A stretch of 64,000 nucleotides of DNA, taken from the NCBI GenBank assembly GCA_039715015.1, contig JBDLIE010000002.1, positions 32,001 to 96,000 on the forward strand, written 5' to 3'. The notes beneath the pieces were generated by a model. It made no database searches, was not told the origin of the DNA, and was given only the letters and a program-made list of their open reading frames with translations. The position numbers and the translations under genes are program-made. Positions 49,046-58,824 of this stretch are shown here, in pieces. The stretch comes from Thermodesulfobacteriota bacterium (GTDB taxonomy: Bacteria; Desulfobacterota; Desulfobulbia; Desulfobulbales; SURF-16). Within the stretch, counting starts at the first letter, position 1. Each line of letters starts with the position of its first letter.

Positions 49046-50746
49046 ATGAAAACAAGAAAATATCTGGCCATTCTCTTTCTTCCTCTTGCCTTGGCAGCCT
49101 GCCAGTCCGAAAAAACCGCCCGGCAAGACCTTGTCCAACCCGAGGAGGAAAGAGTAATGCTTGCCCCTGTCCGCACCCCTCATCCCCAGATCCCCGCCCC
49201 TGTAGAAATGAAAAAAAACAAAGAACACCTGCTCAGTGCGGATATGGCAATGCCTGCCTCCACCATGGCTGCACCAGGAAAGACCGCGCATTACGAGATG
49301 GGCCGCCAAAAGGCACGGCACGAATGGAACAGAGAATCCTACAGCTATAATGAGGAACAAGGTTTTCAGAACGTCCACAACGATCCGCTCTCCACCTTTT
49401 CCATCGATGTTGACACAGCAGCCTACAGTAATATCAGGCGTTTCATTAATCAGGGAAGTATGCCGCCTGTGGGGGCCGTCCGCATCGAAGAGATGCTTAA
49501 TTATTTCAGCTACAACTACCCCCAGCCTAGCAAAGGGCCTTTTTCGGTAACCACAGAGGTAGGTCCCTGTCTTTGGGAAACAGATCATAAATTGGTTCGT
49601 ATCGGCCTTAAGGGCAAGGATATTGAAAAGGGCAATCTGCCCCCTTCAAATCTGGTCTTTCTTATAGATGTCTCAGGCTCCATGCAGGCCGCCAACAAAC
49701 TGCCTCTGCTCAAAAAATCCATGCAGATGCTGGTGAACCAGCTCGGCGAAAAAGATCGGGTGGCAATTGTTGTCTATGCAGGTTGTGACCGGGTGGTGTT
49801 GCCACCCACGAGTGGCAATGACAAAAAAACCATCATAAAGGCCATTGATAATCTTACGGCAGGGGGATCCACCAATGGTGCTAGTGGTATTATTACCGCC
49901 TATAATCTTGCCGAGCGTGTTTTAATGCCATCCGGCAATAACCGCATCATCCTTGCTTCGGACGGCGACTTTAATGTTGGCGTTACCAGCCGTGGCGAAC
50001 TTCAAAAGCTTGTGGAGAAAAAGAGCAAATCAGGGATTTACCTCACCGTCCTAGGATTCGGCATGGGGAACTACCATGATGACACCATGGAGATTCTTGC
50101 CGACAAGGGCAATGGCAACTATGCCTATATCGATAATCTGATGGAAGCCAAAAAGGTCCTTGTTAAAGAGATGACCGGCACCATGTTCGCCATTGCCAAG
50201 GATGTTAAAATCCAGGTGGAGTTTAACCCGGCTCAGGTGGCGGCATATCGTCTGGTTGGCTACGAAAATAGAATGCTTGCTGATGAAGATTTCAATAACG
50301 ACAAGAAAGATGCCGGCGAGATCGGCGCCGGCCATACCGTGACTGCGCTCTATGAGTTGATCATGGCCGGAGGCAAAGACCTCCCGGCCATCGACCCCTT
50401 GAAATACCAACGACCAAGCAGTGCAAAAATTGCCGCCGCCAATGATTATGGCGATGAACTTCTCACCGTGAAGATACGTTACAAAAAACCAAATAAAAAG
50501 ACCAGTAACCTGATGAGTGTTGTGGTCAAGAAAAGTTCAGAGCGTCTGGCTGACACCTCCGGCGACTTCCATTTTGCCTCAGCCGTGGCAGGGTTTGGCA
50601 TGGTGCTTACTGATTCGGCCCATAAGAAGAAGCTGTCCTACGAAACTATCATTGCCTCAGCCCAACATGGTCGAGGCAGAGATATGAACGGCTACCGGGC
50701 AGAGTTCGTCCGCCTTGTGGAAAACAGTGAACTGCTGAACCAATAG
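49046..50746 (+). CDS. YfbK-like von Willebrand factor A lipoprotein
   Basis: Lipobox LAAC, PLSTFSIDVDTA, MIDAS DVSGS, SDGDFN and YRLVGYENR motifs. Confidence 0.9.
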   Translation: MKTRKYLAILFLPLALAACQSEKTARQDLVQPEEERVMLAPVRTPHPQIPAPVEMKKNKEHLLSADMAMPASTMAAPGKTAHYEMGRQKARHEWNRESYSYNEEQGFQNVHNDPLSTFSIDVDTAAYSNIRRFINQGSMPPVGAVRIEEMLNYFSYNYPQPSKGPFSVTTEVGPCLWETDHKLVRIGLKGKDIEKGNLPPSNLVFLIDVSGSMQAANKLPLLKKSMQMLVNQLGEKDRVAIVVYAGCDRVVLPPTSGNDKKTIIKAIDNLTAGGSTNGASGIITAYNLAERVLMPSGNNRIILASDGDFNVGVTSRGELQKLVEKKSKSGIYLTVLGFGMGNYHDDTMEILADKGNGNYAYIDNLMEAKKVLVKEMTGTMFAIAKDVKIQVEFNPAQVAAYRLVGYENRMLADEDFNNDKKDAGEIGAGHTVTALYELIMAGGKDLPAIDPLKYQRPSSAKIAAANDYGDELLTVKIRYKKPNKKTSNLMSVVVKKSSERLADTSGDFHFASAVAGFGMVLTDSAHKKKLSYETIIASAQHGRGRDMNGYRAEFVRLVENSELLNQ

Positions 50747-50753
50747 AACTCTC

Positions 50754-50778
50754 GGGGACAGAATTTAATTCTGTCCCC
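50754..50778. repeat. Palindrome ggggacagaat-tta-attctgtcccc between convergent genes
   Basis: Perfect 11-bp inverted repeat; a related TCTGACCCC occurs at 51889-51897. Confidence 0.6.
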
Positions 50779-50783
50779 TTCTC

Positions 50784-50981
50784 CTAATTCTCCACGGTCT
50801 CGCCACGCTCCCGCTGATATTTGTCAAACCTTTCCCGCTCGTCACAATTATCATCCAAACGATCATCGCAACGCTGAACCTTGATGCTCTGCAGGGTCTC
50901 AAACGCCGCCCGTTTCGCCTCTTCCTTAGTACACGAGCAGCAACATAACGCAAGGAACACACAGCACAGAAGAAATCGCAT
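50784..50981 (-). CDS. Small putative lipoprotein
   Basis: Hydrophobic leader ending CSC; RBS GAGG; mature part has a Cys pair. Confidence 0.6.
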   Translation of the reverse strand: MRFLLCCVFLALCCCSCTKEEAKRAAFETLQSIKVQRCDDRLDDNCDERERFDKYQRERGETVEN

Positions 50982-51086
50982 ACCACGCTACCTCATTGTT
51001 TTTTTCTCTTGGCATCCTTTTTCGCCCCAGTATCAAAAGTCTCATTCAATTCAGCCCCATAGCTGCTGATATGGTATGTTTACAAT

Positions 51087-51860
51087 ATGAAAGTGCTTCT
51101 TACCAACGATGACGGGCCAAACTCTCCCCTCTTGGCATGTGCCTTAGAGACGCTTACAGAACTGAAGGGAATCGATACTCTCAAAACAGCAATCCCTGAT
51201 TCTGAGCAAAGCTGGAAAAGTCACGCCATGAGCGGTCATGGCTCCATCAATCCCCGTGAAACTAAAATCGGTGCTGCCCATGTCACCCTGGTGGACGGAA
51301 CCCCTGCCGATTGCGTGGACTGGGCCATGCACAATCTCTTTTCCAACGATGAGTGGCCTGATCTTGTCATCTCGGGAGTGAATTGTGGCAAGAATACCGG
51401 CTTAGGATTTGTTTTAAGCTCTGCGACGATTGGCGCCTGTCTTCACGCAAATGTAGCAGATCCTCCACGCCCAGGATTAGCCTTATCACAAGACTTTCAA
51501 GACCTTGCTTACGGTGCTGCTGTTAAGGCAGGAGAAGTATCGTCGCAAAAACTAGATGCATTACAGAGGCAGGTTGCCAAACACATAAAAAAAATCTGGG
51601 CATATCTCAGCGCTGACGGAAAATCCCTGCAGCGCCCTGTAACCTGGAACGTTAATCTCCCCGAGATATCTGCCGCCGATTTACAGATAGTTGAAACACC
51701 AATCGGCGATAGTCGCCTGGAGCAATGTTTTCGTGAAAAAGGCGGACGGTACGAGCACTCCCTGGCACGATACAACGAAGACCCCAACCCCCTCTCAGAT
51801 GGGGCTGTTCTCGCGCAAGGCCATATCACCCTTAGTCAGATCGACATAAGGCGATTATGA
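51087..51860 (+). CDS. surE: SurE-family 5'/3'-nucleotidase (divergent)
   Basis: LLTNDDG, GTPADCV, DLVISGVN.G.N and NVNLP motifs. Confidence 0.85.
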   Translation: MKVLLTNDDGPNSPLLACALETLTELKGIDTLKTAIPDSEQSWKSHAMSGHGSINPRETKIGAAHVTLVDGTPADCVDWAMHNLFSNDEWPDLVISGVNCGKNTGLGFVLSSATIGACLHANVADPPRPGLALSQDFQDLAYGAAVKAGEVSSQKLDALQRQVAKHIKKIWAYLSADGKSLQRPVTWNVNLPEISAADLQIVETPIGDSRLEQCFREKGGRYEHSLARYNEDPNPLSDGAVLAQGHITLSQIDIRRL

Positions 51861-51903
51861 CCATGGGGTGAAGACACCGCGGCCAGAATCTGACCCCTAT
51901 CCC

Positions 51904-52104
51904 CTACTCCTGATTTTCTCCAGAGTCCTTATATTTTTCCTCTGCCAATTTCTGAACATCCTTCGCCTTATCAAGGGACTGCTGGATATAATCCGTGGCC
52001 TTGTCGGCCTTTTTCTCGTTGAACTTATCAATTTTCTCCTGTTGATTATCGCTACAGGCGGCAAGGCCCAAAACCAGAAAAAAACAAAGGCTAATGATCT
52101 TCAT
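51904..52104 (-). CDS. Small lipoprotein
   Basis: Lipobox LAAC; RBS AAGGAG. Confidence 0.7.
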   Translation of the reverse strand: MKIISLCFFLVLGLAACSDNQQEKIDKFNEKKADKATDYIQQSLDKAKDVQKLAEEKYKDSGENQE

Positions 52105-52326
52105 GTCGACTCCTTTCTATAAATGTCGTTAAAACTCATGCGCTTGAAGATGAGTTTAAGAAACCTGTAAACAAAATGTATAGCCATTACCAAGGGATCC
52201 TCAAGCAACTTCCTTAATTGACCTGATTGACATAAAAAGGGGCTGTTCAGATAATTTCCACTATGTCAACAGCCCCAATTAGGCCAGCATATAAACAACG
52301 TTGTGCTGTAATTCTTTGCCAAACTA

Positions 52327-53799
52327 CTAAATAATAGGTTTCATAGCACTCATATAAGAGCGAAGCTCTTCGCCGACAGCCTCAACACCGGTATAACGAA
52401 TTGCCTCGTTGGCACGGATGAGCTCAACATTGTCCACACCGTTGTCCTTAACGGTGAGGCCTTTGCCGATCACGTCGGTGTCGATCTTCTTCATGAAGTC
52501 CTGCAAAAGGGGCAGGCAGGCATGGTTGAAGAGGTAGCAGCCGTATTCAGCGGTATCGGAGATAACAACATTCATCTCATAAAGCTTCTTACGGGCGATG
52601 GTGTTGGCAATCAGTGGTACCTCGTGCAAAGACTCATAATAGGCAGACTCTTCTTTGATGCCGGCGGAAACCATAGTGTCAAAGGCAAGCTCGACACCAG
52701 CCTTGACCATGGCAACCATGAGGATGGCGTTGTCAAAATATTCCTGCTCAGTGATATCCATATCACCGGACACTGACTTCTCAAAAGCAGTCTCACCGGT
52801 CTCAGCGCGCCAGCCAAGAAGATTCTTATCGTCGTTTGCCCAGTCTTCCATCATGGTGCTGGAGAAGTGGCCGCTCATGATGTCGTCCATGTGTTTATGG
52901 AAGAGAGGCTCCATGATCTCCTTTAACTCCTCAGCCAGATTGAAAGCTTTGATCTTGGCAGGGTTGGAAAGACGATCCATCATATTGGTGATACCGCCGT
53001 GCTTAAGGGCCTCGGTAATGGTCTCCCAACCGTACTGAATGAGCTTAGAGGCGTAGCCCGCGTCAATGCCCTTTTCCTTCATCTTGTCGTAGCAAAGAAG
53101 CGAGCCGGTCTGTAGCATACCGCAGAGGATGGTCTGCTCGCCCATGAGATCAGATTTAACCTCGGCCACGAAGGAGGATTGCAGACAACCAGCCCGGTCG
53201 CCGCCGGTGCCAGCAGCATAGGCCTTGGCCAGATCCCAGCCTTTGCCTTTGGGATCATTCTCACGATGCACAGCAATAAGGGTGGGAACGCCAAAGCCGC
53301 GCTTGTACTCCTCGCGCACCTCAGTGCCAGGGGACTTAGGGGCCACCATGATAACGGTGAGATCTTCGCGGATCTGCATACCCTCTTCAACGATGTTAAA
53401 ACCGTGGGAGTAAGAAAGGCAGGCATCCTGCTTCATCAACGGCATAACAGCGGCAACAACGTTGCTGTGCTGCTTGTCCGGGGTGAGGTTGATAACAACA
53501 TCGGCGCTGGGGATCAGCTCCTCATAGGGACCGACGGTGAAACCGTTTTCAGAGGCGTTTTTCCAGCTTTGACGTTTCTCGTCAATGGCTGCCTGACGCA
53601 GGGTGTAGGATACGTCAAGACCACTGTCACGCAGATTCAAGCCCTGGTGAAGGCCCTGGGCACCGCAACCAACGATAACGATTTTCTTGCCTTTCAGCGC
53701 TTCAACGCCGTTGAACTCGGAAGAATCCATAAAGCGGCACTGACCAAGCTCCTCAAGCTGCAGCCGAAGCGGCAGGGTATTAAAATAATTCTGTCCCAT
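52327..53799 (-). CDS. ilvC: Ketol-acid reductoisomerase, long (class II) form
   Basis: [24 protein letters not shown] and duplicated C-terminal domain; start MGQNYF at 53799 after AGGAG. Confidence 0.96.
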   Translation of the reverse strand: MGQNYFNTLPLRLQLEELGQCRFMDSSEFNGVEALKGKKIVIVGCGAQGLHQGLNLRDSGLDVSYTLRQAAIDEKRQSWKNASENGFTVGPYEELIPSADVVINLTPDKQHSNVVAAVMPLMKQDACLSYSHGFNIVEEGMQIREDLTVIMVAPKSPGTEVREEYKRGFGVPTLIAVHRENDPKGKGWDLAKAYAAGTGGDRAGCLQSSFVAEVKSDLMGEQTILCGMLQTGSLLCYDKMKEKGIDAGYASKLIQYGWETITEALKHGGITNMMDRLSNPAKIKAFNLAEELKEIMEPLFHKHMDDIMSGHFSSTMMEDWANDDKNLLGWRAETGETAFEKSVSGDMDITEQEYFDNAILMVAMVKAGVELAFDTMVSAGIKEESAYYESLHEVPLIANTIARKKLYEMNVVISDTAEYGCYLFNHACLPLLQDFMKKIDTDVIGKGLTVKDNGVDNVELIRANEAIRYTGVEAVGEELRSYMSAMKPII

Positions 53800-53939
53800 T
53801 GTCTTTCTCCTAATCGTAGTTTTTACAGGTATCCTGCCCATAAACGAACTTTTTGGGCAGAACACCTTTATGTCTTTGGAATACCGACCACAGTAAACTT
53901 TTTTATCATTGCGTCAAGTGAATTATATGGCATACTGTT

Positions 53940-53954
53940 TTGCGAAAAATGCAA
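53940..53954. promoter_or_regulatory. IlvY (LysR) operator
   Basis: TTGC-GAAAAAT-GCAA dyad containing T-N11-A, in the divergent ilvC/ilvY gap. Confidence 0.65.
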
Positions 53955-53990
53955 CACAAACTTGCCCACTGAAATCACAATTTAAAGATA

Positions 53991-54875
53991 ATGAATATCA
54001 GAGAAATACAACTTTTTCAGCATTTAAGCGACACACTCCACTTTGGCCGCACAAGCAGGGCCTGCAACATAACGCCCTCAGCCCTTACCCGCACTGTCCA
54101 ACGCCTTGAAGCAGAGGTGGGCGAGCAGCTTTTTATCCGCGATAACCGCAGTGTTTCATTGACCCCGGCAGGAGAACTTTTCAAAAAATACGCTGAGGAA
54201 ACATCAGCAAAATGGCAAGACTTACAGAACCAACTGGCTGGTGACAATCTGCTCGGCGGAGAGATTTCCCTCTACTGTTCAGTAACAGCCGCCTACGGCA
54301 TTTTGCCGAGCATTCTCGGAATATTCCGAAAGGCATACCCTTCTGTGCATATCAATCTCCAAACAGGTGATGCTGCCCAAGCCTTAACAAAACTACTTAA
54401 TGGTGAGGTGGATGTGACTATTGCCGCTCTGCCCAAAAAACAGCCCAAAGGAATTTCATGTCAACGGATAATTGACACACCCTTAGTCTTCATTGCTCCC
54501 TCAAATTTTCCAGAGACTGTTGTCATGAAAGGCGAAGATATTGATTGGTCCGAGACTCCTATCATTATGGCTGAACAAGGCCTAAGCCGTGATCGCATTG
54601 AGCGCTGGTTTGTTGAAAAGAAAATCCAACCTAATATCTACGCCCAGGTGGCAGGTAACGAGGCCATCATCGCCATGGTCAGCCTAGGTTGTGGCGTGGG
54701 CGTGGTTCCCCAACTCGTCATTGAAAAGAGCCCTATGCAGGATCAAATACTGATACTTGATGTAACACCCCTATTAACTCCCTTTACCATAGGTATCTGC
54801 ACAGCAAAAAAGAACATGGCCCACCCTAAAATTCAGGCTTTTTGGGAGATTGTTGAAAAGGAAACAGGGAGATAG
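53991..54875 (+). CDS. ilvY: LysR-family regulator IlvY
   Basis: LHFGRTS HTH, RDNRSV, CSVTAAY and IYAQVAGNEAIIAMV; divergent from ilvC. Confidence 0.92.
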   Translation: MNIREIQLFQHLSDTLHFGRTSRACNITPSALTRTVQRLEAEVGEQLFIRDNRSVSLTPAGELFKKYAEETSAKWQDLQNQLAGDNLLGGEISLYCSVTAAYGILPSILGIFRKAYPSVHINLQTGDAAQALTKLLNGEVDVTIAALPKKQPKGISCQRIIDTPLVFIAPSNFPETVVMKGEDIDWSETPIIMAEQGLSRDRIERWFVEKKIQPNIYAQVAGNEAIIAMVSLGCGVGVVPQLVIEKSPMQDQILILDVTPLLTPFTIGICTAKKNMAHPKIQAFWEIVEKETGR

Positions 54876-54908
54876 TCGGAGAAAAGCTCAGAAGCTAAGC
54901 CATGGTTC

Positions 54909-55241
54909 TTATTGTCGCCAGCTAAGCGCCCCCAAATATTTCACCAGCACCATTGCCAGTCTGCAGGAGGTTATACCAAACGAGGCTTCGTCGTGGAGCT
55001 GTTCAAGAATTTCCTCCTTGAAATCATAAAGATCCTCTGGCCCTAAATGTAATTCATTAAGGCTCTGGCTGTGGATTTCAGCCCATTCATCAATGACCCA
55101 TTCTCCCTCAATGATGCGATCCATCTTACCGATGGAGTAGCCGTAGAGAGTGGCTACGTAATCGGCCGCTTGAATAACAGATAAGGGCTTAACTGGCAGG
55201 TTTTTTTGTAGTTTTGCCGGGGAGGCGTGATAAGGATGCAA
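54909..55241 (-). pseudogene. Probable 3' remnant of an HDOD-like gene
   Basis: Begins YHASP..VIQAADYVA, like the C-terminal HDOD helices. No RBS; begins just after the tRNA terminator. Confidence 0.35.
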
Positions 55242-55251
55242 AACCGCCGCT

Positions 55252-55289
55252 AAAAAGAAAACCCCGAAAGCCTTGAGCTATCGGGGTTT
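55252..55289 (-). terminator. Intrinsic terminator of tRNA-Leu
   Basis: Minus strand aaaccccga..tcggggttt followed by tcttttt. Confidence 0.75.
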
Positions 55290-55323
55290 ACCTGACATTC
55301 TCGGACGAGAATGGGTTTAGCAA

Positions 55324-55411
55324 TGGTGCCTGGAGCGAGAATCGAACTCGCACGGGCGCAAGGCCCACGAGATTTTAAGTCTCGGGTGTCTACCAATTCC
55401 ACCATCCAGGC
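55324..55411 (-). tRNA. tRNA-Leu(TAA)
   Basis: GCCTGGA/TCCAGGC acceptor stem with encoded CCA, anticodon arm CGAGA-CTTAAAA-TCTCG, long variable arm and GTTCGA T-loop. Confidence 0.97.
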
Positions 55412-55420
55412 AACAGGTGG

Positions 55421-55449
55421 TTTTTAGCATATTGCTGTTTTCATATCAA
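55421..55449 (-). promoter_or_regulatory. Candidate tRNA promoter
   Basis: Minus strand TTGATA-17 nt-TAAAAA with extended TG, 10 nt upstream of the tRNA. Confidence 0.45.
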
Positions 55450-55554
55450 GAAACAAAACCCCACCCGAGTCGTCAACCACTTCTTCTTTCTTTCAAACTG
55501 TTGTCTGGCCCCTTGGCCATCAGCCTCCCCCTCCGGCAAACCGCGTTCATACTC

Positions 55555-57384
55555 CTAGCGGATTTTAATGGCCGCCGTCTTTTCACTGATGCCACGTTTA
55601 AGAACCTCGCGGTTATAGGCAGCGATGACGTCGCGCCTTTTGAGCATCCCAACCACCCACATCTCCTCTTTTGATTCCACCACCGGAATCTCTTCAATAC
55701 CTTTGACTACGAACTGGGTCATGGCATCGTACAGATTATCACTTGGGGTAAGGGTCACAAGTTTGCGGGCGCAGATATGACCAACGGTGGCACTGAGTCG
55801 AAGCTCTTCATCGTGCAGAATTGCCTTCACATCCTGGAGAGAGATGATGCCCACCATCCGTCCGGCTTTGGCTCCGGTCTCGGCCAGTACCGGGAAGTAG
55901 AAGCTGTCATCGGCCATGGAGAATATCTTTAGAAGCTGGTTAACATTGGCACGTTCACTGACAAAATCAACATCCTCACTCATGGCAATTCCCACCGGCA
56001 GCGACTTCATGATCGCGGCCTCGCGGCCCTCGTGGATATCAATGCCCTCGCGGCTAAAATCAACCGTATCAATGGAGTCGTGATAAAGGTGTTTGGCAAC
56101 AACCGTGCCGATGATACTGGCCAGCATAACCGGAATAATAATCTGATAGTTGCCGGTCATCTCAAAGAGAAGAAAGATGGCGGTAAGGGGGGAATGAGTA
56201 GTGGCACCGAGGAAGGCACCAATACCAACCGCGGCATAGGCTCCAGGCCCAGCGACGAGATCAGGAAAGAGAAGATGACAGATGCCGCCAAAGGCGCCGC
56301 CGATCATTGCGCCGACAAAAAGGGCTGGCGCGAAAACACCGCCAGCTCCGCCTGTACCCAGAGTAATGGCTGTGGCGCCGATCTTCATAAATACCAGGGC
56401 GACCATCACCCAGAGAACCCCGTCACCATGGAGGACCTTTTCAATGTAAAAATAGCCGTCGCCCATGATCTGAGGAAAGAAAATGCCAAAGGTGCCAACA
56501 ATGGCAGCACCAATGATCGGTTTTACAAAGGGGTTTATGTTGATTTCCTGACAACGGTCCCGCACCTTGTAGAAAATCTGGATATGAATTACGGCAATAA
56601 TGCCGACGATAATTCCCATCATTACATAGAGAGGAATCTCCATCAGGGGATTAACGATCTGATAATCAGGGATAGGAAAGGCTGGGGTCTCACCATAGGT
56701 GGCACGGGCAATAACCGTGGCAATGGCCGAGGAAATAACCAGGGCCGAGAAGGAAGACATCTCGTAGGTGCCGAGCAGGACGATTTCCGAGGCAAAGAAA
56801 ACACCTGCCATGGGCGCATTAAACATGGCGCCAATGCCACCGGCACAGCCGGCAGCAATATAGACCTTCATACGGTCGCCGGAAACCCGGAAGAACTGGC
56901 CGACCTGGGAGCCAACAGCGCCGCCAACCTGGGCAATTGGTCCCTCAACCCCGGCTGAACCGCCGGTACCAATGGTAAGAGAGGTAGAAAAGGTCTTAAG
57001 CAGAATGGTACGGAACTTAATACGCCCGCCTTGCAGGTTCACCTTGCGCAAAAACTTGGTAAAGCCATAGCCGTTTACCTCGCCGGGGTAAAAATAGGCC
57101 AGCGGGATGAGCAACACCATGCCGATAATGGGAATAAGGGGCAGAAGAAGAACAGCAAAGCCAAAACCTTTAAAGAGAAAGACATCGCCGGAATGAAAGG
57201 CCTTAATACCTTCCTCACCAAAAATCTTTGTCAAACCTCCATCAAAAATTACATGGCGGACAAACTCCTCGGTCGAACGAAAGAGAATATTGGCAAAGCC
57301 GGCAGCGAGGCCTATAAAAGAGGCTATCACCACCATCAGGGTGCCCTCGCCGGGCACATATTTCTGAAGTTTGAACAAATTCAT
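55555..57384 (-). CDS. ClC-family anion transport protein with CBS pair
   Basis: GVEGP, FNAP, GGVFAP and FEMT motifs plus C-terminal CBS domains. Start taken at the ATGA overlap with the upstream gene (ORF track: 57405). Confidence 0.92.
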   Translation of the reverse strand: MNLFKLQKYVPGEGTLMVVIASFIGLAAGFANILFRSTEEFVRHVIFDGGLTKIFGEEGIKAFHSGDVFLFKGFGFAVLLLPLIPIIGMVLLIPLAYFYPGEVNGYGFTKFLRKVNLQGGRIKFRTILLKTFSTSLTIGTGGSAGVEGPIAQVGGAVGSQVGQFFRVSGDRMKVYIAAGCAGGIGAMFNAPMAGVFFASEIVLLGTYEMSSFSALVISSAIATVIARATYGETPAFPIPDYQIVNPLMEIPLYVMMGIIVGIIAVIHIQIFYKVRDRCQEININPFVKPIIGAAIVGTFGIFFPQIMGDGYFYIEKVLHGDGVLWVMVALVFMKIGATAITLGTGGAGGVFAPALFVGAMIGGAFGGICHLLFPDLVAGPGAYAAVGIGAFLGATTHSPLTAIFLLFEMTGNYQIIIPVMLASIIGTVVAKHLYHDSIDTVDFSREGIDIHEGREAAIMKSLPVGIAMSEDVDFVSERANVNQLLKIFSMADDSFYFPVLAETGAKAGRMVGIISLQDVKAILHDEELRLSATVGHICARKLVTLTPSDNLYDAMTQFVVKGIEEIPVVESKEEMWVVGMLKRRDVIAAYNREVLKRGISEKTAAIKIR

Positions 57385-58547
57385 ATAATCTTTGGGATCT
57401 GGCATCCGATCAGGCTGGCTTCACGAAGGAAATAGTCATCCGTCATGCCGGCAATAAAATCCACGGCAATGGTTGCAGGTGGCGTATCGTGCATATAGCC
57501 TTTATCCATAAATTTCATCAGCCGGGTGTAGACAACCGATCCATGGTCTTCTCTGTTGATCTCATCAACGTACTTATTAAACAATGAGGTAAAACAATCC
57601 TTCATCTTTGTTGTATCGGGCTTAATGGCCTTATTCAAATAAATAAATTTGTAATTAAATGCCTTTAGCTCTTGAAGGGCCTCAGAGACCTGCTCGGAAA
57701 AACCAATCTCGCCTTGGCATCCATTGCCGATGAGGTCAGCAACCAGGCGGTGAACAATGGTACCGTTTGTCCGCCCCAGCACCTTTTGACAATGTTCAGG
57801 AATGTCATGACGGCTAATCAGTTTAAGCTCAATGGCATCTTCAATATCTCTGCCGATATAACTTAAGGTATCAGCAAGCCGAACCAGGCAGCCTTCAATG
57901 GTCATGGGCCGTAATTTGGCAGCTTTGTCGTTGCTTTTTGTTGTTATTTTTCGGTCGAACTCCGCAAAGGACACCTCTCCCTTGGGACTTATCTTACGGT
58001 TATGAACCTCGCCGTCATGGCAAAGGATACCGTCTAAGACTTGGACCGTCAGGTTACAGCCACGGCCATGGTTCTCAAGATGTTCAAGAAAGCGAATGGA
58101 CTGAAGATTATGCTGGAAAGAGACAAGGCCAAAATCACGGCTTAGGTCGTCTAGAATTGCCTCACCATCATGGCCAAAAGGTGGATGACCGATATCATGG
58201 CCCAGGGCAATGGCTTCGGCAAGATCCTCATTAAGGGCAAAGACACGGGCCAGGGTTCTGGCAATTTTGGAGACAAGCTGAACATGAAGAACCCGGTGGG
58301 TGATATGATCATTTTCCACGAGGTAAAAGACCTGGGTCTTATCTATATAACGGGTATAAGCCCGGGAGTGGAGAACCCTGTCTGTATCAACCGCAAAGGA
58401 GGTGCGGTGTCCCTCTCTGCTTTCGGAATGGCGGCGGATACCTGTGCTGCTCAGGGTGGCATGGGAAGAAAAAAATCTTTCCTCTCTCTCCTCAAGACCC
58501 TTTTTGATAGCAACAAGCTGCTCTTCGACCATAATCCCCACCCACAC
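57381..58547 (-). CDS. dGTP triphosphohydrolase-family HD protein
   Basis: DRVLHS, KTQV, HDIGHPPFGH.GE, AD..Y..DIED and AGMTD motifs. Confidence 0.88.
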   Translation of the reverse strand: MWVGIMVEEQLVAIKKGLEEREERFFSSHATLSSTGIRRHSESREGHRTSFAVDTDRVLHSRAYTRYIDKTQVFYLVENDHITHRVLHVQLVSKIARTLARVFALNEDLAEAIALGHDIGHPPFGHDGEAILDDLSRDFGLVSFQHNLQSIRFLEHLENHGRGCNLTVQVLDGILCHDGEVHNRKISPKGEVSFAEFDRKITTKSNDKAAKLRPMTIEGCLVRLADTLSYIGRDIEDAIELKLISRHDIPEHCQKVLGRTNGTIVHRLVADLIGNGCQGEIGFSEQVSEALQELKAFNYKFIYLNKAIKPDTTKMKDCFTSLFNKYVDEINREDHGSVVYTRLMKFMDKGYMHDTPPATIAVDFIAGMTDDYFLREASLIGCQIPKII

Positions 58548-58824
58548 ATATTACAAAAAAGTACTTGTACCATAAGGCACTTTGGAGAAAAAGGCTTTTA
58601 TGCAAGAGGCCAAAGGGCTAGCAACCACGCAGAAACCCGAAAGTTTTTTACTGACGGACAGATCAATTTTATTGTACTATTTTTTTTCCAGGCATTTTTT
58701 GGGAAAGGAAGCTTTCTTCGCTTTTTTTGTTTATTATAATCAGTATTTTAAAGCATATTTAGCTACCCGTTTTCTATTTCTTGCCACGGGTCGGCAATTG
58801 ATATTCCTAACACGGAGAGACATT

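Noticed and set aside
53928..53944. Sigma54-like TGGCA...TTGC sequences here and near 41507-41524
   Set aside because: GG-to-GC spacing is 11 nt rather than the required 10. The 53.9 kb site is better explained by the IlvY operator.
58582..58824. N-terminal extensions given by the ORF track for the aldolase (and similarly for ilvC, cereblon and the 44521 kinase)
   Set aside because: The extensions run through AT-rich intergenic or promoter-like DNA, and downstream ATGs fit the family N-termini better (with a clear RBS for the aldolase and ilvC).
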